Notes under the pieces: model-generated
What the model saw: the letters and a program-made list of their open reading frames with translations, nothing else
Told to the model about the DNA's origin: nothing
Databases searched by the model: none
Shown here: in pieces, positions 48,719 to 59,400 of the stretch
Layout of the letters: the number at the start of each line of letters is the position of its first letter
Position numbering within the stretch: position 1 is the first letter of the stretch
Made by a program: the position numbers and the translations under genes
Source: Blepharisma stoltei ATCC 30299
Taxonomy: Eukaryota; Protista; Ciliophora
Assembly: GCA_965603825.1 (NCBI GenBank)
Contig: CBFDEM010000023.1
Span: 496,001-560,000, forward strand
DNA length: 64,000 nt
Reading direction: 5' to 3'

Positions 48719-51037
48719 TTAAAATAATGTGTTAAAATCTGAGAGCCGAATTAGTATTTGATCATTTTTTGCAAGTCATCGTTTTGCTTTCATAACTATA
48801 AGATCCGATAAGTCCTTATACTTTATGCATTTCTCTTCAAGGAAAGCTACAATTAAAGCGGTAATTAATTTGTGATCTAGCTTTGAGATTCCTAAGTCAT
48901 AACCAAGTAAATTATAAACGATATCTGATAAATTTTTAGAAAATTCCCAATACCCCTCTGCTTTTTGCAGATGCAATATTTTTTCTACTTCATATTCATT
49001 CTCAGCCCCTTTTACTTCATTCATGTTTTGGAATATTTCTGGTAATTCAGCAATCTCTAGCTTATTAATTTCAGTAGACTGAATCTGTTCTTCTTTTACC
49101 TTAGCTTTTTTACGAGGAGAAGCGGCGTCTAGTTTCTTGTTTCTTCCCCTTTTAACCTGCAAGGCTACATCTATAGAGCAAGAGTCGCTTTGAGCTTGAT
49201 AAGCAACTTCATCTGATACAGTTTTAGATTGTACATTAGGAGTTGAATTTACGTTTACTGTTTTTTCTTTAGCTTGCTTATTACTTTGCTTTAATTTTGT
49301 TGCAGGTTTCAGTAAATTTCTTTCTGAGTTAGTTATTTCCTGCACTTTGGTCTCTGAATAGCTTTGGCTTGACTTTTTTATATCAATAGCATTTTCTTCC
49401 AAGTCATTATTAGCTGCTTGGTCTTCTGTTAGTTTATTTTTCTTATATCTTTCAATATTGAAAGAGGCGAAATCTCCTTCAACTTGATATTCTTTGGATT
49501 TTCTAACTGATAATCCTTGATCGCATTGCTTAAGATATTTTTTAGATTCTAATATAAGAATTGAGGATGATATTGATATTTGGCCTTCAGCTATGCTTCA
49601 ATTTATATGCTGAAGAGGTCCCACTCTATCAGTTTTAAACTGTAAATCTATACTTTTTGGAAGTAAACCTTTCTTGAAAACACCTGAGATCTCAATTTTT
49701 TCTTCCAGAGTGACATTGAAAGTTTCATTTGGTAAAACAAAGTCAAATATTCTATTATCTGAAAGACAAATATCAGTAAAAGTCGGACTCAAAGCCTGCT
49801 TTAACGATCTTAAAACCCCTTGCTTTATTTCATTTGGACTATTGCTCATATAAGAAGTGCCTTTTCCTATTCTAGATAGCTCTTTAATAAAAGTACCATC
49901 TGAATCTATGCCAATTGTATTGATTTTAGCTTCCTTATACTTTTTGATCAATCTTGTAATTTTGGTTTTATTATCCCAAGTGCTCCTATTAGTTACAACA
50001 AATATGCTTAGTGGATATCCAGGAATCCTAGGACTTTCTAATACATATTTCAAAGGTCCAAAAAAATCGCATTCTGTTATATCGTTATTATCTGAGGAAA
50101 TTGCTAAATAAGCTTCATCGATTGAGCATTGGTCATATTTTCGACTTTTTTCAAATATTGGCTTGCCAAAGATAATAACATTAAAATAGCAATTTTCTGG
50201 AAGAGAACGAATAAATAGTGCAGCTGCTTCAGTAGCTGATGGGATTTTGCTATCAATAGAAGCATTTCTATCAAGAAAAATAGCAAATTCTCCTGCAAGC
50301 CTTTCTTCACTTAAATCAAGAAGATTTTTATCTGGTTTGTATGACAAATAAAAAGAATATCTATTGATTCTTGGGTCTTTTTGAATTGTAAGATAAGATT
50401 CCTGAGGTGTTTCGAAATAGTAAACGACTTCAAGATCATTATCTGGGCTAAAATTCATAAAGCCCGCAACTCCGAAATCAACTTCAAGTTTTATAAAATT
50501 TCCACTTTCAAGTAAAAACTTATTATATTGTCTAAGAGAATAGTCCCAAAATGAATGGATATCTGCTGTATATGGAATTTCTTGATGTCCAGGCGGAAAT
50601 AATTCCTTAGGGATTTTGAGCTTCCAATAAGGCTCTGAAAGCATCTTCTCTGCTTTGCAAGCAAAAACTGTATCAACTTGGATTCCTTCATTCGCAGCAA
50701 TTTTCTCAACGCTATATACCATCATGTCATATTCTTGTAGTTTTTCAAGAGTGTAAGAATTTTCTCCAGCGTTTTTTGCATCTTCATATGATTTCAGAAC
50801 CTTATGAACTTCTTCTATTTTAAGACTTGAGTTCGACCTAGTTTTGTAAGTTGATAGATTTACGAGGGTAATGTTGGGAATGCATGGAAAAATATATTTT
50901 GCGTGGATTTCTTCATTGGAGGTGTTTAAGTAGTGCTGATGGAAAGTGAATTCGGCTGAGTTATTATGAATGATGCCGTCAATATGAAATTTTGTAAGTT
51001 TGAGAGGCTCATTGTTGGAGCCAAGTAAGATTGACAT
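48719..51037 (-). CDS. tandem paralog: VIT-vWA protein without the H3 fold, MIDAS degenerate (~772 aa)
   Basis: Colinear with 45756-48359 (FHIDG, FMNFSP, LFIRSLPENCYFNV, KSKEYQVEG, YEVEKI.HLQ..GYWE); TGA(Trp) at 49598 and 48776; stop TAA 48719-48721. Confidence 0.88.
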
Positions 51038-51337
51038 TTTTATTAAAATCACCAATAAACCAACCTTGCTTCTTTCCTATACACTTCCTAAATTAATTTT
51101 TTTTAATATTTGTTATTTGTCTTTTCACTCAATAGACTTTATATATATGTTTCTTATAATGGCTTGTTTTACTAATTTATGCTATTAAAGCAAATTAATT
51201 TGATCCATATCAATAATTCTATTCATAATTTTTATATTATTTTTCTGACAATGTTCATTTTTATATATTTTAAAAATTCTACCCTTATTATAGCTTCATT
51301 TTAGATTTTTCTGATTAAGTTATATTTAATAATTTAA

Positions 51338-52276
51338 ATGGAACTTCCTAAAGTTGAAGGACCTCACGATGGGCGGGATATCTCATATAACTATTTCTAC
51401 AAGCAATGCGAAGACTTAAACGAAATTGAAGAAGGGATCCCTGTCTCCTCTTTTACCAACCTTTCCAAAATGCGAAATAAAGATCTTGAATTCAGGTTAA
51501 TGCGAAAAATCACCGAAACCAAGAAGCATATGGAGTTTTTAGTCCAAAATACTCCAAAGCTTCAAGGCTTAAACAGATATTCAGATATCCTTCCTTTCCA
51601 GGACACAATTGTTTCACTAGAAAGTGGCGATTATATCAATGCTGACTGGATAAAACATCCTATGCCAGACCATAAGCTTTTTATAGCAACACAAGGCCCT
51701 CTAGAATCCACAAGGGATTCTTTTTGGCGAATGATATGGGAATATAATGTAAGTCTTATCGTAATGATATCAGCCATAAGAGAAGCTGGAAAAGTTAAAT
51801 GTGACCAATATTTCCCCATAGGAGACTCTATAGAGCTACCGAATTTTGTGATAACTCTTGTAAGCTCAGAAACTCCTTTTCCTTCTATAACCGCTCGGGT
51901 TTTCCAAATCACCCACAAAGCGACGATGGAGACCAGGACAGTGTCTCATTTACAATCAGTTGCATGGCCAGACCATGGGACACCTGAGCTTGAAGATGAA
52001 TTTGACTCCATTGATTACCTTTTAAACTCCTTAGAATCTCATAAAGAAAAGCATGTCGTTATCCATTGCAGCGCTGGGATTGGTAGGACAGGCACTCTTA
52101 TAGCTCTTTTCCAAATGGTCCAGACCATCAAACTTATGAAAGAAGATGCAAGAATCAGCGTCTTCGGCACAGTCAGAAGACTCCGTGAGCAGCGCTGGGG
52201 AATGGTCCAAACCAAAGACCAATACGACTTTTTGTATAGATTTATGGACGAGTGGATCAATAAATATCATAATTAG
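51338..52276 (+). CDS. classical protein tyrosine phosphatase
   Basis: NRYSDILP; DYINA; FIATQGP; FWRMIWE; KCDQY; WPDHG; HCSAGIGRTG; MVQTKDQY. Confidence 0.95.
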   Translation: MELPKVEGPHDGRDISYNYFYKQCEDLNEIEEGIPVSSFTNLSKMRNKDLEFRLMRKITETKKHMEFLVQNTPKLQGLNRYSDILPFQDTIVSLESGDYINADWIKHPMPDHKLFIATQGPLESTRDSFWRMIWEYNVSLIVMISAIREAGKVKCDQYFPIGDSIELPNFVITLVSSETPFPSITARVFQITHKATMETRTVSHLQSVAWPDHGTPELEDEFDSIDYLLNSLESHKEKHVVIHCSAGIGRTGTLIALFQMVQTIKLMKEDARISVFGTVRRLREQRWGMVQTKDQYDFLYRFMDEWINKYHN

Positions 52277-52294
52277 CTTAATTTATTTGATATA

Positions 52295-54466
52295 ATGGTA
52301 AAAAGTGCAGTTAAAGTTGTAGTGCGCACACGTCCAACAGCCAGTTTTGCATCTAAAAATCTTCAAATAGACCTAGATCAAAAAACAATAGAAGCGTTTA
52401 TCCCTAAAGATAACACCCAAGGCCTCATAAACAACCAGCAAGAGCACTGGAAGTTTCAGTTTGATGAAATTTTGCATAACTCCTCACAAGAAGATGTGTA
52501 TGATATATGCGGCCGAGAAGTCGTGCACAGTGTTTCTGAAGGCTATAATGGGACCATTCTAGCATACGGCCAAACTGGGGCTGGGAAAACTTATACCATG
52601 CTTGGAGGGCAGCAGGCTTATAAGTTTCGAGGCGTCATTCCTAGAGCGATTTCTCAACTTTTCCATGAAGTCCAGAGCAAGCCAGAATTAAGTTATGTGA
52701 TAAGGGTAAGTTATGCAGAAATTTACAATGAGCTTATATATGATTTGATTTCGCCAACCCCACCATCAGACCAAAGTGGCTCAATCATGATCCAAGATGA
52801 TCCAAAATATGGAATTACACTGAGAGGGCTATCACAAAGCATTGTAAACACTGAAGAAGAAGCATTAAACCAGCTGTTTGAAGGTGAAACAAACCGTACT
52901 ATTGCTGCACATCTACTTAATAAAAACTCTACAAGATCCCATTGTGTCTATACAGTCCATTTAGAAAGCAGAAGCAGGGTGGAGTCAAGCGAAAAAGTGA
53001 CCATTTCAAAGCTGAATTTAGTTGATTTGGCTGGGTCAGAAAGGACTAAAAAAACAGGCTCAGAAGGACTTACACTGACTGAAGCAAATTATATTAATAA
53101 ATCTTTGAGCTATTTGGAACAAGTAGTTATCGCATTGTCAGAGAGAGGCAGAGAGCATGTCCCATATAGGCAGTCAAAGCTGACATATATGCTAAAAGAC
53201 TCAATTGGAGGAAACTCAAAAACTCTGATGGTCGCAAATATATGGCCTGAGCCTAACCATATGGAAGAAACGATTTCTACCTTAAGATTTGCCACTCGCA
53301 TGATGCGTGTCTCAAATGAAGCCACAATTAATGTAGAACTTGACCCTGCACAACTGATTGAAAGATATAAAAGAGAAATAAGAGACCTAAAACAAGAGCT
53401 TGCAATGCACGATACATTGGCAAATCGTGGAAGAATTGTATATGAGCCTTATACTCCTGAGCAGCAATACCAGCAGCAGCAAATTGCAGAGAGTTTTCTT
53501 GATGGGGACACAGATGAGGTCGAATTTGACAGTTTAAGGCAGGTTAGAGAACTTTTTATCCAGATGAGAAATATATATAGAAGAGCGTTATCAAGGCTTG
53601 GGGCTTCAGATTTCAAGGTGAGAGCTGATAAAGAAGTAGACCGCTCTGGGTCTTCGCATCCAAAAGAACCAAAAAACATTGAAGAGTCTGATGAAGGACT
53701 TGGAGATGAAGAAAATTTTGGAGGGTTCGGCTTAGGACGAGCTAATCCTAACGCCAAACCAATGGACACATCTGCACTTGAGCCTCGAACTCACTTTATG
53801 CAAGCTGAAGAAGAAGAAATCAACATCAACAAATCTATATCATTTGAAGAAAACAAGAAAAAATCATCAGGATCTCAAAGAAAGCAGCCAATTGACAAAA
53901 ACCAAGCATTTATGGAGTTTAAAAACGTTGACGGAAGAGATATAAATAACGCCCTAAACCAAAACAGAGAAGACCACAAAGATAGAAAAGCAAGGCTTAA
54001 AGAAGTGGGAGCCAGGATTAATAGAATTAAATCAGAAATAGACGAATGCAAAGAAAAAGTAGAGCAGATTAGGAGAAATAAACCAAGCGAAGAAGAAGAT
54101 GTAATTGATGAAGAGGAGTTTGAGTATATAAAAAGATTAAAAGATTTAAAGAAAGTGTATAGAACTGAATATGATCAGATGAAAAATTTGAAAGAAGAAG
54201 TCAATATGATTGCACAAAGCATTGAATTTTCGAGAGAAAGGCTGATTAATGAGTTTGAAACGTGGTATGAAAGAAAATTCGGAGGGGCTACGATGGCACT
54301 GTCAAGAGAAAACTTTGGAACTTTGTCAGAAATGCCAGCTAATATGGAAGGAATTGAAGAAATTGATGATGTAGATCCTGATGCACTGGCGTTTATTAAG
54401 GCGAAGAATAATGTTAAAACACTCCATAAAGCGAAGAAGGCTTTAGGAAGTACACTTAAAAAATAA
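52295..54466 (+). CDS. kinesin-9 family motor (KIF9/KIF6/KLP1-like)
   Basis: AYGQTGAGKT; NKNSTRSH; LVDLAGSER; HVPYRQSKLT; family-typical LINNQQEHWKFQFD and LKQELAMHDTL. Confidence 0.9.
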   Translation: MVKSAVKVVVRTRPTASFASKNLQIDLDQKTIEAFIPKDNTQGLINNQQEHWKFQFDEILHNSSQEDVYDICGREVVHSVSEGYNGTILAYGQTGAGKTYTMLGGQQAYKFRGVIPRAISQLFHEVQSKPELSYVIRVSYAEIYNELIYDLISPTPPSDQSGSIMIQDDPKYGITLRGLSQSIVNTEEEALNQLFEGETNRTIAAHLLNKNSTRSHCVYTVHLESRSRVESSEKVTISKLNLVDLAGSERTKKTGSEGLTLTEANYINKSLSYLEQVVIALSERGREHVPYRQSKLTYMLKDSIGGNSKTLMVANIWPEPNHMEETISTLRFATRMMRVSNEATINVELDPAQLIERYKREIRDLKQELAMHDTLANRGRIVYEPYTPEQQYQQQQIAESFLDGDTDEVEFDSLRQVRELFIQMRNIYRRALSRLGASDFKVRADKEVDRSGSSHPKEPKNIEESDEGLGDEENFGGFGLGRANPNAKPMDTSALEPRTHFMQAEEEEININKSISFEENKKKSSGSQRKQPIDKNQAFMEFKNVDGRDINNALNQNREDHKDRKARLKEVGARINRIKSEIDECKEKVEQIRRNKPSEEEDVIDEEEFEYIKRLKDLKKVYRTEYDQMKNLKEEVNMIAQSIEFSRERLINEFETWYERKFGGATMALSRENFGTLSEMPANMEGIEEIDDVDPDALAFIKAKNNVKTLHKAKKALGSTLKK

Positions 54467-54757
54467 TTTGACTTATCTTTAAATAATTAAGAATGATAGA
54501 TACAAATGTATAGATAATTAAGCTGAAATAGATGAACTTGAAAAAATATTTTTTGAAAGTCTAGAAAAACATTCGGAAAATCTAAAAATATAAGAATGAG
54601 CTTGTAACAATTTTTAACACTTTTATGCTATTTTAAACTATAAGTTTCAGACCTATTTAATACATTTCCGTTATTTCTATTATATTAAAAAACGGATAGT
54701 TTTTCGAATTTAAGGACTTTTTTAGCAGTTATATCAAGCAATTGAGAATAAATCAAT

Positions 54758-55108
54758 TTATTTAAACTTATTTAGGATCACCTTGACTAAGTCAGCAACC
54801 CCTCTGACCTCGTCGGTATCTTCCCCTGTCAATGTAATTTTAAATTTTTCTTCCAAATTTGTAAAAACCTCTATTTCAGCAAGCGAATCTAAGCCAATTT
54901 CATCAAACAGGCTTTTATTCGTCACTTTTTCTCTTTCCACACCTTCTGCGTTTTTAATTTGCTCTATTACTGCAGATTCAATTGTAGCCAAGCTTGATGC
55001 AAAATATCGATAGTTGTTGATAGTCCAATTGCTAACTGAAACAGGCTGCCACATACAGCGAAGGTTTGATTGTATTGGTCTAGAAAGAAACTTTAGTCCA
55101 CTCCACAT
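54758..55108 (-). CDS. ACP: mitochondrial-type acyl carrier protein (116 aa)
   Basis: Presequence-like MWSGLKFLSRP..RYFAS; phosphopantetheine site GLDSL; LEEKFKITL; start placed at 55108. Confidence 0.85.
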   Translation of the reverse strand: MWSGLKFLSRPIQSNLRCMWQPVSVSNWTINNYRYFASSLATIESAVIEQIKNAEGVEREKVTNKSLFDEIGLDSLAEIEVFTNLEEKFKITLTGEDTDEVRGVADLVKVILNKFK

Positions 55109-55292
55109 TTTATTATAACTTACATGTGATGTCATATTGAAATCATAATCTGACGTAACCTCATTTTCAATTATTTTATATAGATATGCCTTATTAAGTA
55201 GTCTGCCTGCTATAAAATTGTTATAATAATTAAAATATAAGGAAAATCTTATGCTTAAATAAGTACAAAAGTAAATTTTTAAAATAGTAATA

Positions 55293-56444
55293 ATGGAAAT
55301 ATCTTGCGAAACAAGCATCTTTGATTATTTTCCAGGTGCAAAAGAATTCTTGAAGAAAGATATAACTCTTATATATCTTGCATTGTTTGTTTATTTCCTT
55401 CTAATGGTATCAACTATATAGGTAAACTTATTTGGACTGATAGCAGTTCTCCTCATGCACTTACTTCCTTTTTTGCTTTTATGATTTGCCAGTAGGAAGC
55501 TTTCTCAAATCCATACAAAAGGCATCATTAATTACCTGCCAGCTCCTCTTCAAGACCTGCTACTTCGCCGATCAATATTTGATGTCCTATGTGAAATCTG
55601 GTTTGTGCCCAAAATTACTTTATACTTAAAGAGATTTGCTTTGCCGTTCTTCATTAAGATGGACAGAGAAGAGGCTTATGCGATGTTTGACGATCTAGAT
55701 CCAGATTTTGCTAAAGCTTTAGATACTAAAGGAGTTATTAATATTCTTCCACAGCCGATCTACAGTGTTATAATGCCAAAAGACTTGTCAGTTGAAAACG
55801 AGCTTCCTTCTCTAAGAGAGCCTGAGCCAGTAGCTGAGCCTCTCCCAGCTCCAGAATCCGGCTTAATCCAAGTCATGAGTTTTGACCCCAACGATCAAGT
55901 CGTTAGAATTACTAGCAAACGAACTGAGCTTTTAGGCTCAGGAAGCAGAGTTGAAAGGCCAAAACCAGAAATTCACAATAAAATCGATGAAAAAATAAAA
56001 GAAATTACCCAAAAAATCCCAACGCTCCAACCAGTGATGAGCAAAATTCTTGGTAATAAATTCAGAGCTTTAATGGAACTAGTCAGCCAAAAGTCATTGA
56101 TAAGTTGTACAGTTGGATCTGGGCTAGCGATTTTACTGCAAATTATGTTTTCCAGGCAGTCAAGAGCAATGTCTTTGGTTGGGATAAAAGTGGCATTATT
56201 TATAGGCGCATTTTCTGCTTTAGGGTTTTCACTATTAGGGCTTTTTATAAAGTACCTGCATAAGCAAGTTGAAGAACCAAAGAAAAATGAAGAGGCTGAG
56301 GCTCAGCAGAATGAAGAGCAGGAACCTCATCAATACCCAAGTGTAAGAAGGCTCTTGGAAGAAAGAACTAAAATCAAATCAAGGTTCAACACTAAGGGAG
56401 ATAAGAATAGCTTCTTCAGCCCTGATTTAAATATGGCTATTTAG
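55293..56444 (+). CDS. hypothetical membrane protein (~378 aa, one intron)
   Basis: ATG 55293 in frame after removing intron 55407-55421 and reading one TGA; hydrophobic pairs near both ends. Confidence 0.65.
55407..55421 (+). other. 15-nt spliceosomal intron
   Basis: GTATCAACTATATAG; contains in-frame TAG. Confidence 0.8.
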
Positions 56445-56499
56445 TCTTTTCTTTGGAAATATTATAATGATTTTCTCTATTAAGACTTATTTTAACCTA

Positions 56500-59400
56500 T
56501 TAGTCATCAAATATGTTAGGCTTGCTTCTCAAGCTATCAAATCTTGTTGAGTGAATATCAATGTTTTCTTCTTCATCAGGCTGATTCCTAGTCGCCATTT
56601 CGATATTTTCATATTTTTGAGTGCCTTTGCTCTTTCTGTATTTATTAATTAAGTACAATAGTGCTAGTCCTAAAGCTAAATATCCTAAACAGTAGAAAAT
56701 GGTGCCCCAGACTGATTCCTCATTATTTGTAAACAAGTTATCAATATTTTTGCTTTCTTTCAAAACACAGCTATTAACCTCATTTTTTTCATATCCTGTA
56801 TCACAAATATAGCAGCCTTCCCCTGCATATCCTTTATTGCAGACACAGATATTATCTTTAAATTTGCCGTTCTGTGAACATTTAACAGTTTTTTCTTCAT
56901 TATTTCCATTTCCTAATACAAATGTTGGAGGAACTACTGTAGGAGCTGTAAATATTTTCCCTTTATTTGTATATAAAACTCCTTTTACTTGGACGAACTT
57001 ATAAGTTGCCCCACTTTCTAAGTCAGCTTTATTGAACTGAAATTCCCATCTCAGTCCTTGCTTATCTAACGCAGCCACATTTTTTGGCCTGATGTATTTT
57101 TTTGATTTTAGCTTCATCAGTACAAAAGCTTTGCCAATTATGTCAGAGTTTGTAAGCTTGTCTATGATTAATCCTTCACTTGTATAAGCTTGCTGAGAAA
57201 GCTCAATTGACACAGAAAAGTTTTCTTGTGTAATAGTTTGCTTACCTTCAGGCGAAATGCTAGTAACAATTGCAGATGGGTCAGATTCAGCTTGTTGGCC
57301 TGGTTCAATAACTTCAGGTGTTTTAACTCTCTCACATGCACCAAACTCATTTCTTATGAAATCTTTATCACAAATTTCACATAAATCGCCTGCATATCCT
57401 TCAAAGCAGGAACAATTATTTAATATATCAAGTGCTCCGTTTGGTCCACAGTTTTTATGAAATCCTATTGGCTTATCTGGTTTTGCTTCTACTTTAAACT
57501 GAGGCAAAGATGCATTTACTTGGAATTCGTTTCCTTCATCATCATATAGCGAGCTTTTGGCAATTTTAACTGTATAAGAAGCGCCATAAGCTAAATCTTC
57601 TGAGTCAAATTCCAGTTTCCACTTAGTTTCTCCTTTATTTAAAGGAATTGCTGAGTTTGCTTTGACAATTTGTTGAGTTACATCATTAAAAACATAGACA
57701 GAGTCAATCATAGCTTTATTGTTTTTAAGGGTTGTGATTTTACCTTTTTGGGAGTTATAAGGCGCTGAGCTGAAGGTAACAAAAATTTTTAATATTTGGT
57801 CTTTTTTCATTGGGGAAGTAATGCTCAGTGTTATTTCAGATATAGAAGCTGATTTTTCAATTATGTCTTCAACACAGACTCCGTCTACTGGTGAAAAATT
57901 AGTAATGCACTCATGGCAAGTTATACCTGTATAAGGTTCTGGGCAGACGCATTTTAATGCTTCGTTACAAATTGCATTTGCTTTGGGATTGCAAACGCAG
58001 CCTATAGTGCAGTAGCTGTGCCTAAGACCATCTGATAATAATTGAAACCCTGAAGGCGTTATAGTTTTATCATCAATTTTTAGCTGATAGCACGTGCTTT
58101 CTCTTAGTTTTGCAGCCTCAAATTTAAATTTCAGCTTATTAGGGTTATTTTGAGACACTTGCATTGATCCAGCTATCACCTTTACATATTGGTCACTCTC
58201 CAAAGTCACCAATTTTCCTATTTCTTTAGGATTTTCAATAGGAACGTCAAAAACAAGAAGAATATTTAAATCTTCGTTAGGGTTATGATGAGTCAAAGTC
58301 CCAGGGTCAGCTAAAGTTATCATATAGCTTTTAGCCTTTTTTTCTTCTACCACAGGGATATACTCTATATTAAAGGAAAAAGGAAAGCATGAATCAATAT
58401 CTTTGTATCTTTGTACTAAATGGTTAGAAGCTACTGTTTGTTTAAGCAGGAGCTTATACTCTCCTGGCTCCAGCTCTTCGTTTTCTAAAATACTTGCAAA
58501 GTTCATAAGCTCACCTATTTCATCGTCAGTAAGGCTTTCCCATCTACTTTTACTTATCTGGAGATCATCTTTTGTCAATATCATACTTATATCATTTGTT
58601 AAAAAATCATAAGTAGCCTCAATTGACAATAGTGCTTTGGCTGGCAAATTCAGGGTCATTTCATACATAAAGTTCGAATTTTCATTCCCATCTGATATTA
58701 CTCCAGGTGGAAACTTATTTTTTTCCCCAATCATCCATTTATCAAAAATCACAAAATTATCAGACCCATACATTTCTTTTTCTTTCGTAAAATTAATAGT
58801 AGTCTTCGGCAAAATTTTGGCAAGATCATGATCATTTGTTTTGCATTTCAAAATATTTTCGACTTCTTGAGTAGTTTCAATAACAATTTTCATTTCATAA
58901 GTTACGCAGGATTCCTCGATTTTGTCTTTTATATATGTGATTAATAAATAATAAGGGTTTTTCTGTGGTTTTATCATAAAAATATAGCTTCCCATGTTTG
59001 ATTTATTTTTAGAATATGCTAAAGGGTCTCTGAAATCAGCATCTTTGTAAACTGCAGTTTCAATGAAAACTTTAGGATTATGAGAAATAGTCATGATTCT
59101 TGCAATCCCGCTTTTTGGGGCAGCAATTTTGAGGACTTCTGAGTTGACTTCTTCTTTTATCTTAAAAACTCCGTGAAAAGAAATAGATCCATCTCTAGCT
59201 TGAGGCCCTCCAAAGGTCCTGGAATATTTTGAAGTCAGGGAAGGTGGCAATTCGCCTCCATTGCAGATAAGGTCAGCAGTTATATCAGAAGTCATAACTG
59301 ATACTTGTAAAGGCCAACAAGCATTTGGTATTTCAGTGCCATGTGAAGAAATTACTTTTAAGATATAGCTGCCTTTTTCTAAATCCATAATAAGCTCACT

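Noticed and set aside
25165-55108. MDR reductase plus ACP as a fatty-acid synthesis cluster, or CCP/kinesin-9/ZSWIM2 as a ciliary cluster
   Set aside because: The genes are tens of kb apart among unrelated genes; no evidence of functional clustering
55109-55318. 70-aa N-terminal extension of the ACP ORF
   Set aside because: AT-rich spacer composition, and it overlaps the start of the divergent gene at 55293; Met at 55108 gives a normal presequence
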